From a virus (Duplodnaviria > Heunggongvirae > Uroviricota > Caudoviricetes), in the IMG/VR virus record IMGVR_UViG_2909278081_000001: DNA of 50,428 nt; one strand, given 5' to 3'. Below the pieces are notes generated by a model. It worked only from the letters and a program-made list of their open reading frames with translations, was not told the origin of the DNA and did not search any database. The translations under genes and the position numbers were made by a program. This document shows, piece by piece, positions 17,747 to 32,628 of the stretch. The number at the start of each line of letters is the position of its first letter. The stretch's first letter is position 1.

Positions 17747-20304
17747 CGTCCACCTCCGGAGAACAGGCCACCATCACGCATCTGTGTCTGAATTTCATCA
17801 CGGGCACCCTTGCGGGCCATGTCATACACCGCCTTCAGAGCAGCCGGACCTATCTGCCCGTTCGTGCCGTCGTTGTTAATCACCACATGGTTATTCTGCT
17901 CAAACGTCCCGGACGCCTGCGTCCGGCTGTCTGCCATGCTGCCCGGTGTACCGACATAACCGCCGGTGGCATAGCCGCGCATCAGCCGGTAAAGATTCCC
18001 CACGCCAATCCGGCTGGTTGCCTCCTTCGTGAAGACAAACTCACCACGGTGAACAATCCCCGCTGGCTCATATTTGCCGCCGGTTCCCGTAAATCCTCCG
18101 GTTGCAAAATGGAATTTCGCCGCAGCGGCCTGAATGGCTGTACCGCCTGACGCGGATGCGCCGCCACCAACAGCCCCGCCAATGGCGCTGCCGATACTCC
18201 CGACAATCCCCACCATTGCCTGCTTAAGCAGAATTTCTGTCATCATGGACAGCACGGAACGGGTGAAGCTGCGCCAGTTCTGCTCACTGCCGGTCAGCAT
18301 CGCCGCCATATTCTGTGCAATACCATCAAAGGTCTGCGTGGCTGCACTTTTTACCTGCGACATACTGTCCGTGGCGCTCTCTTCCCACTCACTCCAGCCG
18401 GACTTCAGGCCTGCCATCCAGTTCCCGCGAAGCTGGTCTTCAGCCGCCCAGGTCTTTTTCTGCTCTGACATGACGTTATTCAGCGCCAGCGGATTATCGC
18501 CATACTGTTCCTTCAGGCGCTGTTCCGTGGCTTCCCGTTCTGCCTGCCGGTCAGTCAGCCCCCGGCTTTTCGCATCAATGGCGGCCCGTTTTGCCCGTTG
18601 CTGCTGTGCGAATTTATCCGCCTGCTGCGCCAGCGCGTTCAGGCGCTCCTGATACGTAACCTTGTCGCCAAGTGCAGCCAGCTGGCGTTTGTACTCCAGC
18701 GTCTCATCTTTATGCGCCAGCAGGGATTTCTCCTGTGCAGACAGCTGGCGACGTTGCGCCGCCTCCTCCAGTACCGCGAACTGACTCTCCGCCTTCCACA
18801 AATCCCGGCGCTGCTGGCTGATTTTCTCATTTGCTCCGGCATGCTTCTCCAGCGTCCGGAGTTCTGCCTGAAGCGTCAGCAGGGCAGCATGAGCACTGTC
18901 TTCCTGACGATCGCCCGCAGACACCTTCACGCCGGACTGTTTCGGCTTTTTCAGCGTCGCTTCATAATCCTTTTTCGCCGCCGCCATCAGCGTGTTGTAA
19001 TCCGCCTGCAGGATTTTCCCGTCTTTCAGTGCCTTGGTCAGTTCTTCCTGACGGGCGGTATATTTCTCCAGCGGCGTCTGCAGCCGTTCGTAAGCCTTCT
19101 GCGCCTCTTCGGTATATTTCAGCCGTGACGCTTCGGTATCGCTCTGCTGCTGCGCATTTTTGTCCTGTTGAGTCTGCTGCTCAGCCTTCTTTCGGGCGGC
19201 TTCAAGCGCAAGACGGGCCTTTTCACGATCATCCCAGTAACGCGCCCGCGCTTCATCGTTAACAAAATAATCATCCTTGCGCAGATTCCAGATGTCGTCT
19301 GCTTTCTTAAACGCAGCCTCTGCCTTAATCAGCATCTCCTGCGCGGTATCAGGACGACCAATATCCAGCACCGCATCCCACATGGATTTGAATGCCCGCG
19401 CAGTCCTGTCTGCCCAGGTCTCCAGCGTGCCCATGTTCTCTTTCAGGCGGCGGGTCTGGTCATCAAACCCTTTCGTTGCGGCCTCGTTCGCCGCCTGCAA
19501 TGCCCCGGCTTCATCGCCGGAACGCTGCAACTGAGCAACATACGCAATCTGCTCCGCCGTCACGTTATGGAACTGGCGTGCCATCGCCGTCAGCCCCGAC
19601 GTCGGGTCTGTGGTCAGCTTCCCGAAGGCTTCAGCGACCTTGTCCACCTCCACGCCGGATGCAGAGGAGAAACGCGCCACACTCTGGCTGATGGACGCAA
19701 TCTGAGCCTCACCGCTTACCCCCGCCTTAACCAGTGCGCTGAGTGACTCGCTGGTCTGGTTAAACGTCAGCCCTGCCGCCTGCCCGACTCTGGACAGGAC
19801 CAGCATACGATCTGCCGTCAGACCCGCCTGATTGCCGGAAAGGACCAGCGTTTTGTTGAAATCGGACAGGGTTGAGTTGCCCTGATACCAGGCATACGCC
19901 AGCGCACCGGTCGCCACCGCCAGCGAGGTGGCCCCCACCATCGGCAGGGTGATCGCACCGGCAAGCCCCCTGAACATGGGGATCATCCCGCCGAAGGAGT
20001 CCTTCACCTGCCCCCCCTGTTGCAGCAGGATCAGCCACGGACTTTGCCCGCCTGCAAGCTGCGTGGCCACGTCGGTGAACTGTGCAGGCAGCATACGCAT
20101 GGCGGCTTTATACTGCCCGACGGAAATCCCCGCTTTCTGTGCAGCCAGCGCCTGTCGGCTCAGCGACTGTTCAACGACTGCCGCTGTTTTTTTCGCATCA
20201 CTTTCCGTACCGGAAAAATGACGCCTGACTCTGGCCATCTGCTCGTCAAATCTGGCCGCATCCAGACTCAAATCAACGACCAGATCGCCTACCGGTTCAG
20301 CCAT
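17743..20304 (-). CDS. H: tail tape measure protein H
   Basis: 853 aa, matches lambda gpH. Confidence 0.95.
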   Translation of the reverse strand: MAEPVGDLVVDLSLDAARFDEQMARVRRHFSGTESDAKKTAAVVEQSLSRQALAAQKAGISVGQYKAAMRMLPAQFTDVATQLAGGQSPWLILLQQGGQVKDSFGGMIPMFRGLAGAITLPMVGATSLAVATGALAYAWYQGNSTLSDFNKTLVLSGNQAGLTADRMLVLSRVGQAAGLTFNQTSESLSALVKAGVSGEAQIASISQSVARFSSASGVEVDKVAEAFGKLTTDPTSGLTAMARQFHNVTAEQIAYVAQLQRSGDEAGALQAANEAATKGFDDQTRRLKENMGTLETWADRTARAFKSMWDAVLDIGRPDTAQEMLIKAEAAFKKADDIWNLRKDDYFVNDEARARYWDDREKARLALEAARKKAEQQTQQDKNAQQQSDTEASRLKYTEEAQKAYERLQTPLEKYTARQEELTKALKDGKILQADYNTLMAAAKKDYEATLKKPKQSGVKVSAGDRQEDSAHAALLTLQAELRTLEKHAGANEKISQQRRDLWKAESQFAVLEEAAQRRQLSAQEKSLLAHKDETLEYKRQLAALGDKVTYQERLNALAQQADKFAQQQRAKRAAIDAKSRGLTDRQAEREATEQRLKEQYGDNPLALNNVMSEQKKTWAAEDQLRGNWMAGLKSGWSEWEESATDSMSQVKSAATQTFDGIAQNMAAMLTGSEQNWRSFTRSVLSMMTEILLKQAMVGIVGSIGSAIGGAVGGGASASGGTAIQAAAAKFHFATGGFTGTGGKYEPAGIVHRGEFVFTKEATSRIGVGNLYRLMRGYATGGYVGTPGSMADSRTQASGTFEQNNHVVINNDGTNGQIGPAALKAVYDMARKGARDEIQTQMRDGGLFSGGGR

Positions 20305-20737
20305 ACCGGACTCCTCCTGCGATCCCTTCTGATACTGTCATCAGCATTACGTCATCCTCCGTCATGTCCGCCACATCCGGGGAAGCGGGGATAACTTCAT
20401 TCCCGTCCGGGCCAAAGCGGACACCTCCGGCAAGCCCTGCCGCTTTCTGCATCAGCACATCATCTTCAGGCTCTTCGTCAGCCTCGCGCCGGTTCAGCAG
20501 ACTGAAATCCAGCGGATGCATATCCGGATCGCTGAAAAACAGGCTGAGCACGGTGTACGTCAGCCCGGAAAAGTGCATATCCAGCAGAACATCATGAAAA
20601 TAATGGGTACTGTAAAAGCGGTGCCAGTCGGCATACTCCGTGGATGACATCCCGGCAAGCATGGCACGCCAGTCGGGTCGCCCCATCTCACGCGCCAGTT
20701 TCAGGGCAAAACTCAGCTCACCGTCGAACACTTTCCC
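20297..20737 (-). CDS. T: T segment of tail assembly chaperone GT (expressed as G-T fusion by programmed -1 frameshift)
   Basis: ORF in the -1 frame overlapping the end of G; slippery heptamer GGGAAAG at the overlap. Confidence 0.8.
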   Translation of the reverse strand, partial: GKVFDGELSFALKLAREMGRPDWRAMLAGMSSTEYADWHRFYSTHYFHDVLLDMHFSGLTYTVLSLFFSDPDMHPLDFSLLNRREADEEPEDDVLMQKAAGLAGGVRFGPDGNEVIPASPDVADMTEDDVMLMTVSEGIAGGVRYG

Positions 20738-21135
20738 GCAGAAACAGGCTCTGCGGGCCCGGCGTCCTCTGTCTGTTCAGGGGCATTATTCACCACAAAC
20801 TCATACATACCAGACAGCCGGTACACCACGTTTTCAGCATGAGAAATTGCCTCCGTGGGCCAGGTGGTAAGCACTTCCTGCTCAATCTGTTTAACGGCTT
20901 CATTCATGGACGGCATCTGCGTCTTCTGCGGATGGTTATGCCACAGGGACATCGCCACCAGAAACGCGCCGGTTCTGATGGCGTCTTCCACAGTAAACTT
21001 CCGGTTGCTGTCTGACTCCGCCTGTTCTGCCTGCCGTTTCATCAGGGCGAGATGCTCAATGCGCTGCAGGGCTGACAGTTCAGAAAGCGTGACGGTCACA
21101 CCGTTATGTTCAAATGATTCGGTTTTCAGGAACAT
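20713..21135 (-). CDS. G: tail assembly chaperone G
   Basis: 140 aa, lambda gpG-like, ends ...GKCSTVS. Confidence 0.95.
   Translation of the reverse strand: MFLKTESFEHNGVTVTLSELSALQRIEHLALMKRQAEQAESDSNRKFTVEDAIRTGAFLVAMSLWHNHPQKTQMPSMNEAVKQIEQEVLTTWPTEAISHAENVVYRLSGMYEFVVNNAPEQTEDAGPAEPVSAGKCSTVS
20731..20737 (-). other. programmed -1 ribosomal frameshift slippery site (G to GT)
   Basis: Plus-strand ctttccc, i.e. GGGAAAG on the coding strand, within the last codons of G as in lambda. Confidence 0.8.
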
Positions 21136-21150
21136 CGCTGACTCTCCGGA

Positions 21151-21891
21151 TTAACTGGCGGTGACGGTAATTTCTGCAACCGCAGCAAACTCACCATTAC
21201 CGGATACAACCGGAATGTTGACCTTGCCTGCAGCAACGCCGTTCACGGTGATGGTCATACCACTGACCGACACGGTGGCTTTTGTTTTATCCGCAGACAC
21301 CGCACGAAAGCTCTTGTCGGTTACGCCCTCCGGCTGGAAGGCCACGGTCAGCGTGGTGCTCTGCCCTTTCACCACCGAGGTGCTGGCAGGCGTCACGGTC
21401 ATGCCGGTTGCCGCTGTTACCGTGCTGCGATCTTCTGCCATCGACGGACGTCCCACATTGGTGACTTTCACCGTGCGGGTGATCACTTCCTTCGCCGTCA
21501 CCGCCTTACCGATACTGCTGACCCAGCCACGGAACACATCGACCGTGCCGTTCGGGAAGCGGATTTTATAGGCACGGGTATCGCCTTCATTAAACCACGC
21601 CAGCAGCGCCTGCTGCCCCTGCTCTCCGGGCATCCACGCCAGCGTGAAGCTGGTATCTCCGGCAGATTTCTGCCCCTGCCTGGTCGCAGTCCAGTCTGCA
21701 TCTTCATCATCGAGATAGCTGTCGTCATAGGACTCAGCGGTCAGTTCGCCGGGCGTCAGGTCTTTAACTTTTGCCAGACGCGACCAGTCAACGTCTGAAA
21801 GCGGATTCGCATAAGGGTCACCGCTCCCCTTATAAACCCACAGGGTGGTCCCGGCACCTTTCACCGGCATTGTAGGATTTGGTACAGGCAT
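21151..21891 (-). CDS. V: major tail protein V
   Basis: Start set at [16 protein letters not shown] (as in lambda gpV); the supplied ORF extends 10 codons further upstream. Confidence 0.95.
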   Translation of the reverse strand: MPVPNPTMPVKGAGTTLWVYKGSGDPYANPLSDVDWSRLAKVKDLTPGELTAESYDDSYLDDEDADWTATRQGQKSAGDTSFTLAWMPGEQGQQALLAWFNEGDTRAYKIRFPNGTVDVFRGWVSSIGKAVTAKEVITRTVKVTNVGRPSMAEDRSTVTAATGMTVTPASTSVVKGQSTTLTVAFQPEGVTDKSFRAVSADKTKATVSVSGMTITVNGVAAGKVNIPVVSGNGEFAAVAEITVTAS

Positions 21892-21898
21892 AGCGTCC

Positions 21899-22294
21899 TC
21901 ACATTTCATAGGTAATGACATAAGTCAGATCGGCTGAACTCCACAGGCCCGCATCATCGTCGCGCCGGTAGTCATAGCCGCTGGCCACCATACTGGTGAT
22001 CAAATCTGACAGTGCCGGGATATCGCTCATCACCGGATAAATCCGGGACTCCATCCACGCATCCAGCTCTGAATCCGGCACCTGAGCAGGCAGGAAAACT
22101 TCGATATGCAGCTCCGCCTGCCAGGTATCGCTGTCCAGCTCTTCGCCCGTGTATTCAGCGCCGGTGAGATAAACGGCAACTGCCGGAAAATCCGCCTCAT
22201 CAAAAACAGCGGGGCGACCATCAAAAAACGTCGCCCGGGTGTCATGCTTCTCCAGTGCATCCAGTACGGCTGCACGGAGTTCAGTATGTTTCAT
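21899..22294 (-). CDS. U: tail terminator protein U
   Basis: 131 aa, matches lambda gpU. Confidence 0.95.
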   Translation of the reverse strand: MKHTELRAAVLDALEKHDTRATFFDGRPAVFDEADFPAVAVYLTGAEYTGEELDSDTWQAELHIEVFLPAQVPDSELDAWMESRIYPVMSDIPALSDLITSMVASGYDYRRDDDAGLWSSADLTYVITYEM

Positions 22295-22868
22295 CGCTTT
22301 ATTACCATCCTCAGTTGATGCTGCAGCGCATAGCCCAGCTCTTTCGGAAGACGTTCACGCCGTATCCGCTCAATATTTTGTTTAAACGCCGTGGTCAGCG
22401 GCACCGCCATCGGGATTTTCACCACATCAATGGGGTAACGGTTTTTCCCGGCCACACGCTGCATGACATGCCACCGGCCATTTTTCAGTTGCTGAATAAA
22501 CGCGCCGGGAATACGACGGTTACCCACCACAAGCACGCTGCCGCCACCTTTCAGGGATGAACGCTGCCCCTTTTTACGACGCCTGCGGCGCGAAAGGACA
22601 ACCCGCGCATTACCCAGCTTGATTACGGGCAAATCCCCCGGTTAACTTTGATTCTGGCCTGCGGATTTTTGACCGTGGCCCTTTTCAGCCTGGCCCTTTC
22701 CTTTACCAGTTTCCGGCGTACCTTTGTCTCACGGGCAACCTGTGACGCCGACTGCGATATCGCGGATGAAGCAACGCGGTTAATGGCCATTGCGGCGGCA
22801 CCAGGCACCGCCGTTTTGCTGATACGGCTGAGGTTTTCAACGGCCTGCTCAAGACCTTTTATGGCCAT
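22291..22868 (-). pseudogene. Z: tail completion protein Z, split by a 1-nt frameshift in a C5/G5 homopolymer
   Basis: Two abutting ORFs (81 aa MAIKGLEQAVENL...KVNRGICP* and 113 aa ...PVIKLGNARVV...) together span the length I recall for lambda gpZ (about 192 aa); frames join if one G is added at 22635..22639. Confidence 0.75.
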
Positions 22869-22879
22869 ACATCCCCCTT

Positions 22880-23233
22880 TCAGCGGCGACGGTTAACGGC
22901 AGGCGGTACGCCCCGTCCAAGCCAGAGATGACAGCTTCCGCCATCATCCGTCGAAATCCGGTCTATCCAGAAGTTTTCCTCACCGATGGTCAGCGTGTCG
23001 CCGCGCCGCAGCTGCCGCACATCATCAGTCCGGACAAACAGGGACGGGCTGGAGCCTTCAACGCGCACGCCCTGTCCGGCATAGCTGATATTTTCAGGGT
23101 CATCAAAAACACCACGTATTACTGCGCCGGACTGCTCACCGGATGTCATGGTGGCTGACGTTCCCATGTACCCGCGTATCGTTTCATCGGCGCGGGCAAT
23201 GGCAGCATCGAACAGGTTATCGAAATCAGCCAC
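22880..23233 (-). CDS. FII: head-tail connector protein FII
   Basis: 117 aa, matches lambda gpFII. Confidence 0.95.
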   Translation of the reverse strand: MADFDNLFDAAIARADETIRGYMGTSATMTSGEQSGAVIRGVFDDPENISYAGQGVRVEGSSPSLFVRTDDVRQLRRGDTLTIGEENFWIDRISTDDGGSCHLWLGRGVPPAVNRRR

Positions 23234-23244
23234 AGCGCCTCCCG

Positions 23245-23643
23245 TTATTGCATTCTGGCCAGGCCACGTTCTGTCATTTCGGCTGCCACACCGGCAGAGA
23301 CACGAAACGCCGTTCCCGGCAGCACAAATGCCACAGGTTCATCCCGCGTGGCGTGAAGTGCATCAGTATGCAGCTTCACCAGTGCCACGACCGTGACCAG
23401 TTCAGACGTATCCAGAATCACGGTATCCGGCTGCGCTGATCCCACCTCATTTTCATGTCCGGTCAGCACATTTTCCCAGCTGAGAGGGGTGTCCTGACCG
23501 GCAGTTTCATCCGTGTCATCAAGCTCCTCTTCCAGCTCTGCCACACGGAGCACCAGTTCTTCTTTCGTCCCCGTCAGGCTAACATCACGGTTCAGTTGCT
23601 CACCCAGCACCTGAAGACGGGCAATCAGTTCATCTTTCGTCAT
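23245..23643 (-). CDS. FI: DNA packaging protein FI
   Basis: Start set at MTKDELIARL (lambda gpFI-like). Confidence 0.9.
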   Translation of the reverse strand: MTKDELIARLQVLGEQLNRDVSLTGTKEELVLRVAELEEELDDTDETAGQDTPLSWENVLTGHENEVGSAQPDTVILDTSELVTVVALVKLHTDALHATRDEPVAFVLPGTAFRVSAGVAAEMTERGLARMQ

Positions 23644-23684
23644 GGACTCCTCCACAAAGAGAAAATGGCCCCGAAGGGCCATGA

Positions 23685-24710
23685 TTACGCCAGTTGTACG
23701 GACACGAACGCATCAGGGTCAGCCAGCAGCATCAGCGGTGCTGACTGAATCATGGTGAACTCACGCGCCGGATCGCCGGTGGTCACCCAGTTTTTCGGGT
23801 AGCGGGCAGAAGCGTTAATACCTTCGCGCTGTGCGTCCGCATCCTGAATGCAGCCATAGGTGCGCAGACCGCGTGCCTGAGTGTTCCCCAGCACCATCGT
23901 GTTGTCCGGAAGGAAGTTCTTTTTGACGTCGTTTTCCACGTACTGTCCGGAATACACGACGATCGCCGTATCGCCATACATCCCCTTATAGGACACCGCT
24001 TCGCCCAGGTCTTTTACCGCTGTCTCCAGCTCGGAATTAGAGCCGCGACGGGTATCCAGCTTCTCCTTGACGGCTTTGAAGGAACGGAACAGCGCCCAGC
24101 CTTTCGGATCGAACACGATGATATTCACCACACCGCTGGCGTTCAGCGCGTAGGCTTCGATATCGTCGGTCGGGTCATACGTGGACTTGTCACGCTTGCT
24201 CCACTCCGTGCCGCCGGACTGCGTGATGTTATTCTCCTCACTGCGGCCCATATCCACCTCAACCGGATCGAAGGCTTCACCGGTCATGGTGTATTTGCCC
24301 TTAAGCACGGCAGAAACTGCCTGCATCTCTTCGACCTGAGCAATGGCCAGCTCTTCGTCACGCATGTTCTGCATGATGATGCGACGGCGGCGGTAAGCCG
24401 GGTCCGCCAGATTCTGCGGATCTTCATCCGGCAGGCGACGCAGGGTCATCTGCGGATTCACTTCATGCTTCGGCTTGACATATCCCGGCGTAAATTCAGA
24501 GGTGGAGCCGCCACGGGAACGGATAACCTCACCGGAAACAATCGGCGAAACGTACAGCGCCATGTTTACCAGTCCCGGAATTTGTGAGAGATAGACTTTC
24601 TCCGTGGTGAAGGGATAGCTCTCACGGAAAAAGAGACGCAGAAACAGCGGATCAAACTTAAATTTCTGCTCATTTGCCGCCAGCAGTTGGGCGGTTGTGT
24701 ACATCGACAT
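23685..24710 (-). CDS. E: major capsid protein E
   Basis: Start set at MSMYTTAQLL; near-identical to lambda gpE. Confidence 0.95.
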   Translation of the reverse strand: MSMYTTAQLLAANEQKFKFDPLFLRLFFRESYPFTTEKVYLSQIPGLVNMALYVSPIVSGEVIRSRGGSTSEFTPGYVKPKHEVNPQMTLRRLPDEDPQNLADPAYRRRRIIMQNMRDEELAIAQVEEMQAVSAVLKGKYTMTGEAFDPVEVDMGRSEENNITQSGGTEWSKRDKSTYDPTDDIEAYALNASGVVNIIVFDPKGWALFRSFKAVKEKLDTRRGSNSELETAVKDLGEAVSYKGMYGDTAIVVYSGQYVENDVKKNFLPDNTMVLGNTQARGLRTYGCIQDADAQREGINASARYPKNWVTTGDPAREFTMIQSAPLMLLADPDAFVSVQLA

Positions 24711-24765
24711 AAAAAAATCCCGTAAAAAAAGCCGCACAGGCGGCCTTTAGTGATGAAGGGTAAAG

Positions 24766-25098
24766 TTAAACGATGCTGATTGCCGTTCCGGCAAACGCGG
24801 TCCGTTTTTTCGTCTCGTCGCTGGCAGCCTCCGGCCAGAGCACATCCTCATAACGGAACGTGCCGGACTTGTAGAACGTCAGCGTGGTGCTGGTCTGGTC
24901 AGCAGCAACCGCAAGAATGCCAACGGCAGCACCGTCGGTGGTGCCATCCCACGCAACCAGCTTACGGCTGGAGGTGTCCAGCATCAGCGGGGTCATTGCA
25001 GGCGCTTTCGCACTCAATCCGCCGGGCGCGGTTGCGGTATGAGCCGGGTCACTGTTGCCCTGCGGCTGGTAGTGGGTAAAGGTTTCTTTGCTCGTCAT
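24766..25098 (-). CDS. D: capsid decoration protein D
   Basis: Start set at [11 protein letters not shown]; near-identical to lambda gpD. Confidence 0.95.
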
Positions 25099-25107
25099 AA
25101 ACATCCC

Positions 25108-26407
25108 TTACACTGGTGTGTTCAGCAAATCGTTAACGGCATCAGATGCCGGGTTACCTGCAGCCAGCGGTGCCGGTGCCCCCTGCATCAGACGATCCAG
25201 CGCAGTGTCACTGCGCGCCTGTGCACTCTGTGGTGCTGCGGCCAGAATGCGGCGGGCCGTTTTCACGGTCATACCGGGGGTTTCTGCCAGCACGCGTGCC
25301 TGTTCTTCGCGTCCGTGAGCCTCCTCACAGTTGAGGATCCCCATAATGCGGCTGTTTTCTGCCGCAACCGCTGCGGTGATCTGCGCGTTCACGTCCGGCT
25401 GCGCCGCGCTGGCGTTCTCGCCCTCCGTCGCTGGCACCACGTCAGTAACGTCAGCCTGCGAAGCAGTGGCTGAAACAGTTGTTGATTGAGCCTCTTTGGT
25501 CATTCGCCCTCCTGAGAGACGGGATTTACGTGCATCCAGTGCATCACGCATGACGGTGATCGCATCGGTGCTGTTAACAAGTTCATCAGCCAGTCCGGCA
25601 TCAATGGCCTCCTGACCGCTGTACACTGCAGCCTCGGTATCCAGCACAGCCTGCACGGACAGGCCGGTATATGCCGACACCTTCTGCGCAAACATCTGGC
25701 GGGTTGCGTCCATCCGGGACTGCAGTGTCTCCCGGACGTCATCCGGAAGATGGCTGTAGGGGTTGCCATCCACCTTATGGCTGCCGCTGTAAATCAGCGT
25801 GATTTCCACACCCTGTTTCTCCAGCGCAGCACCGTAATTACTGTGAGCCATCATGACGCCGATGGAGCCTGTCCGGGCGGTCTGCGTGACCAGACGCCGG
25901 GAGGCGGCACTGGCAAGCAACTGACCTGCACTGCAGTTCATGTCGTTGGCAAGCGCCCATACCGGTTTTATGTCACGCACACGGGCGATGATGTCAGCGC
26001 AGTCAAATGCCCCCGCCACCATCCCGCCGGGCGTGTCCATATCGAGCAGAATGCCGTCCACCATCGGGTCGCTGGCAGCCTGTTGCAGACGGGCGATAAT
26101 GCCGTTGTAACCGGTCATCCCCGAATACGGCTGCAGCGCCCGCGTCCGACTGACCAGCGTGCCGGACACCGGCAGCACGGCGATGCCGTTCATGACCTGA
26201 TAACTGCGGGCCTGTCGTGGTCCGTCATCATCAACGGATAACGCCAGCGCCTCGGGTGCCTCTCCGGCAGTCAGGCTGTCGCCGGATACCGCATCCGTCA
26301 GGCGGCTGATCCCAAGCTGGCCTGCAAGCGCACAAAAGAAAACCCGCGCATAGGCGGGTTCAAGCATCAGCGGCTCATTAAAGGCCATACTGGCAATATG
26401 CGGGAGA

Positions 26408-26427
<20 letters not shown>
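25108..26427 (-). CDS. C: capsid protease/scaffold C (with nested in-frame Nu3 scaffold)
   Basis: Lambda gpC-like (VTAELRNLPHIASMAFNEPLM...); homologous start codon here appears to be GTG; overlaps the end of B by 20 nt. Confidence 0.9.
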
Positions 26428-30108
<3,681 letters not shown>

Positions 30109-30134
<26 letters not shown>

Positions 30135-30654
30135 TCAGCAACCCCGGTATCAGTTCATCCAGCGCGGCTGCTTTGTTCATGGCTTTGATGATATCCCGTT
30201 TCAGGAAATCAACATGTCGGTTTTCCAGTTCCGGAAAACGCCGCTGCACCGACAGGGGGAGCCCGTCGAGAATACTGGCAATTTCACCTGCGATCCGCGA
30301 CAACACGAAAGTACAGAATGCGGTTTCCACCACTTCAGCGGAGTCTCTGGCATTCTTCAGTTCCTGTGCGTCGGCCTGCGCACGCGTAAGTCGATGGCGT
30401 TCGTACTCAATAGTTCCTGGCTGGAGATCTGCCTCGCTGGCCTGCCGCAGTTCTTCAACCTCCCGGCGCAGCTTTTCGTTCTCAATTTCAGAATCCCTTT
30501 CGGCATACCATTTTATGACGGCGGCAGAGTCATAAAGCACCTCATTACCCTTGCCACCGCCTCGCAGAACGGGCATTCCCTGTTCCTGCCAGTTCTGAAT
30601 GGTACGGATACTCGCACCGAAAATGTCAGCCAGCTGCTTTTTGTTGACTTCCAT
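30109..30654 (-). CDS. Nu1: terminase small subunit Nu1
   Basis: 181 aa, MEVNKKQLADIFGASIRTIQNWQEQGMP..., lambda Nu1. Confidence 0.95.
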
Positions 30655-30831
30655 TGTTCATTCCACGGACAAAAACAGAGAAAGGAAACGACAGAGGCCA
30701 AAAAGCTCGCTTTCAGCACCTGTCGTTTCCTTTCTTTTCAGAGGGTATTTTAAATAAAAACATTAAGTTATGACGAAGAAGAACGGAAACGCCTTAAACC
30801 GGAAAATTTTCATAAATAGCGAAAACCCGCG

Positions 30832-30843
30832 AGGTCGCCGCCC
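30832..30843. other. cosN cohesive-end site, inside a cos region (cosB/cosQ about 30660..30880)
   Basis: Plus-strand aggtcgccgccc is the reverse complement of the lambda 12-nt cohesive end GGGCGGCGACCT; flanks match recalled lambda left and right end sequences. Confidence 0.9.
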
Positions 30844-31277
30844 CGTAACCTGTCGGATCGCCGGAAAGGACCCGTTGGCCGTTCTGGTCTACTTCGTAAT
30901 GGGATTTAATAGCTGAACGACAAAAGTCTTGCGACCACAGTCACACAGACCTGAATACACGTCCTGTTTCTTCCACCCCCGCACAGGACTGGCGAGCATG
31001 AGGGACACCCCGCGAACCATAAACGCGGTAAAAACCCGGTGTGCATCGTTTTTGATTATTCCCGCACACTCACGCAGAAGGAATTCCCCGTCGGGCTACG
31101 GTCATGGTTAATGCGGGAATACGGCGACGATACAGCGCATAATGTGTCAGGCTTGAATACCTTTATCGAATCCCGGTAACGAATTCTCCTGACGTTCCAG
31201 TCAGGTGATGATATGCATGGTGAGATTCAGATATGAAAAAGCCCCGCTAAAAGCGAGGCCATAAATCACTTAATATC

Positions 31278-31703
31278 TTATTGAGGACGCTGGAGTAATC
31301 CGTGCTGAGCGAGAGTTAGAGCAATGTCATAAGACCCTTGCCTGTCTTTATAGCAAGTTTTATCAACTAACTCCGCTTTGCTGATTCCGGGTAAATCAAG
31401 AATCAGATTCGCAACTTCAATTGCCCTTTGATACAACTTACCGCCCTTTCTCTCCCCATGCTGTGGTTTTACATTCTTCAGATAACCGCTATCCGCCAGG
31501 GCGAGAAATGTTGCCCGTGGGCATATCTTCTTTCTTGACGATTCGCTTTCCGTAACCTCTGCGACAGCTGCATCCCATGCATCACGAGGATGCATTGAGC
31601 TATCAGCAACCAAATGATAAGCGATTAAAGCGGCGTGAGCGTATTGAGACATAATGCATCCATATACAAAAATCTTATGATACGACTTTTCTAATATGAG
31701 CAC
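31278..31703 (-). CDS. hypothetical protein between Rz and cos (slot occupied by bor in lambda, but same strand as lysis genes)
   Basis: 141-aa ORF; likely start at MSQYAHAAL (about 31652); no motif recognised; not Bor-like. Confidence 0.5.
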   Translation of the reverse strand: MLILEKSYHKIFVYGCIMSQYAHAALIAYHLVADSSMHPRDAWDAAVAEVTESESSRKKICPRATFLALADSGYLKNVKPQHGERKGGKLYQRAIEVANLILDLPGISKAELVDKTCYKDRQGSYDIALTLAQHGLLQRPQ

Positions 31704-32155
31704 TGTGATCTCACATACTCTTGCAGGCCATTCAATTGGTTAGTTATGGTTTCGATGCGCTCTCTGAGAACGAAATAATCCCGTTGAGCGGTGTCAGTAA
31801 GTCTGGGGCTGGAAGCATCATCCACGCCGGAGGCGGCGGTGGTTTTATGCTTGTCCGGACAGACTGCTTTGACGTGCAGCCACTTACGACCAGCAGAAAC
31901 ATCAGCACGAAGACTTTCGATAGTCGCGTTAGCATCAGCAAGCTCCTTTGTATATCTGGCATCGAGTTCAGCTACATCACGTTGACGCTTCTGCATGTCA
32001 GTAATTGCCACGTTCGCCAGCTTCAGTTCTCTGGCATTTTTGTCGCGCTGGGCTTTGTAGGTAATGGCGTTATCACGGTAATGATTAACAGCCCATGACA
32101 GGCAGACGATGATGCAGATAAGCAGAGCGGAGATAATCGCGGTTAATCTGCTCAT
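31691..32155 (-). CDS. Rz: i-spanin Rz
   Basis: [36 protein letters not shown]..., lambda Rz-like. Confidence 0.95.
   Translation of the reverse strand: MSRLTAIISALLICIIVCLSWAVNHYRDNAITYKAQRDKNARELKLANVAITDMQKRQRDVAELDARYTKELADANATIESLRADVSAGRKWLHVKAVCPDKHKTTAASGVDDASSPRLTDTAQRDYFVLRERIETITNQLNGLQEYVRSQCSY
31744..31935 (-). CDS. Rz1: o-spanin Rz1 (lipoprotein, embedded in +1 frame of Rz)
   Basis: [26 protein letters not shown]...PPPPPAW...; lipobox and proline-rich segment as in lambda Rz1. Confidence 0.85.
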   Translation of the reverse strand: MLTRLSKVFVLMFLLVVSGCTSKQSVRTSIKPPPPPAWMMLPAPDLLTPLNGIISFSESASKP

Positions 32156-32628
32156 ACCTCAATCTCTCTGACCGTTCCGCCTGCTTCTTTGAATTTTGCA
32201 ATCAAACTGTCAACCTTATGCTCGAACTGACCATAACCAGCACCCGGCAGTGAAGCCCAGATATTGCTGCAACGGTCGATTGCCTGACGAATATCACCGC
32301 GATCAATCATCGGTAAAGCGCCACGCTCTTTAATCTGCTGCAATGCCACTGCGTCTTGGCTATTGGGGGAAAAGTCTTTCAAACCAAGCTGTTTACAGTA
32401 AGCATCCCACCACCGGGAAAGAAGCTGGTAACGTCCGGCGGCTGTTGATTTGAGTTTTGGGTTTAGCGTGACAAGTTTGCGAGGGTGATCGGAGTAATCA
32501 GTAAACAGTTCGCCGCCAACAATAACATCATAACCGTGGTTACGTGTCGGTTGTCGCCCGTTATCCGTTCCTTCTGACCACGCCAACATATCGAGGAAGG
32601 CTTTACGCTGAGGATTAAGATTTTGCAT
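32152..32628 (-). CDS. R: endolysin R (lytic transglycosylase)
   Basis: 158 aa, near-identical to lambda R (…[20 protein letters not shown]…). Confidence 0.95.
   Translation of the reverse strand: MQNLNPQRKAFLDMLAWSEGTDNGRQPTRNHGYDVIVGGELFTDYSDHPRKLVTLNPKLKSTAAGRYQLLSRWWDAYCKQLGLKDFSPNSQDAVALQQIKERGALPMIDRGDIRQAIDRCSNIWASLPGAGYGQFEHKVDSLIAKFKEAGGTVREIEV

Noticed and set aside
16863-19746. Multiple plus-strand ORFs (up to 221 aa) overlapping L, M and H
   Set aside because: Antisense to near-lambda-identical tail genes; no start context or motifs.
30760-31278. bor lipoprotein gene between cos and the lysis genes (60-aa ORF 30929..31111)
   Set aside because: The ORF has no signal peptide or lipobox and most of the region is cos; judged non-coding.
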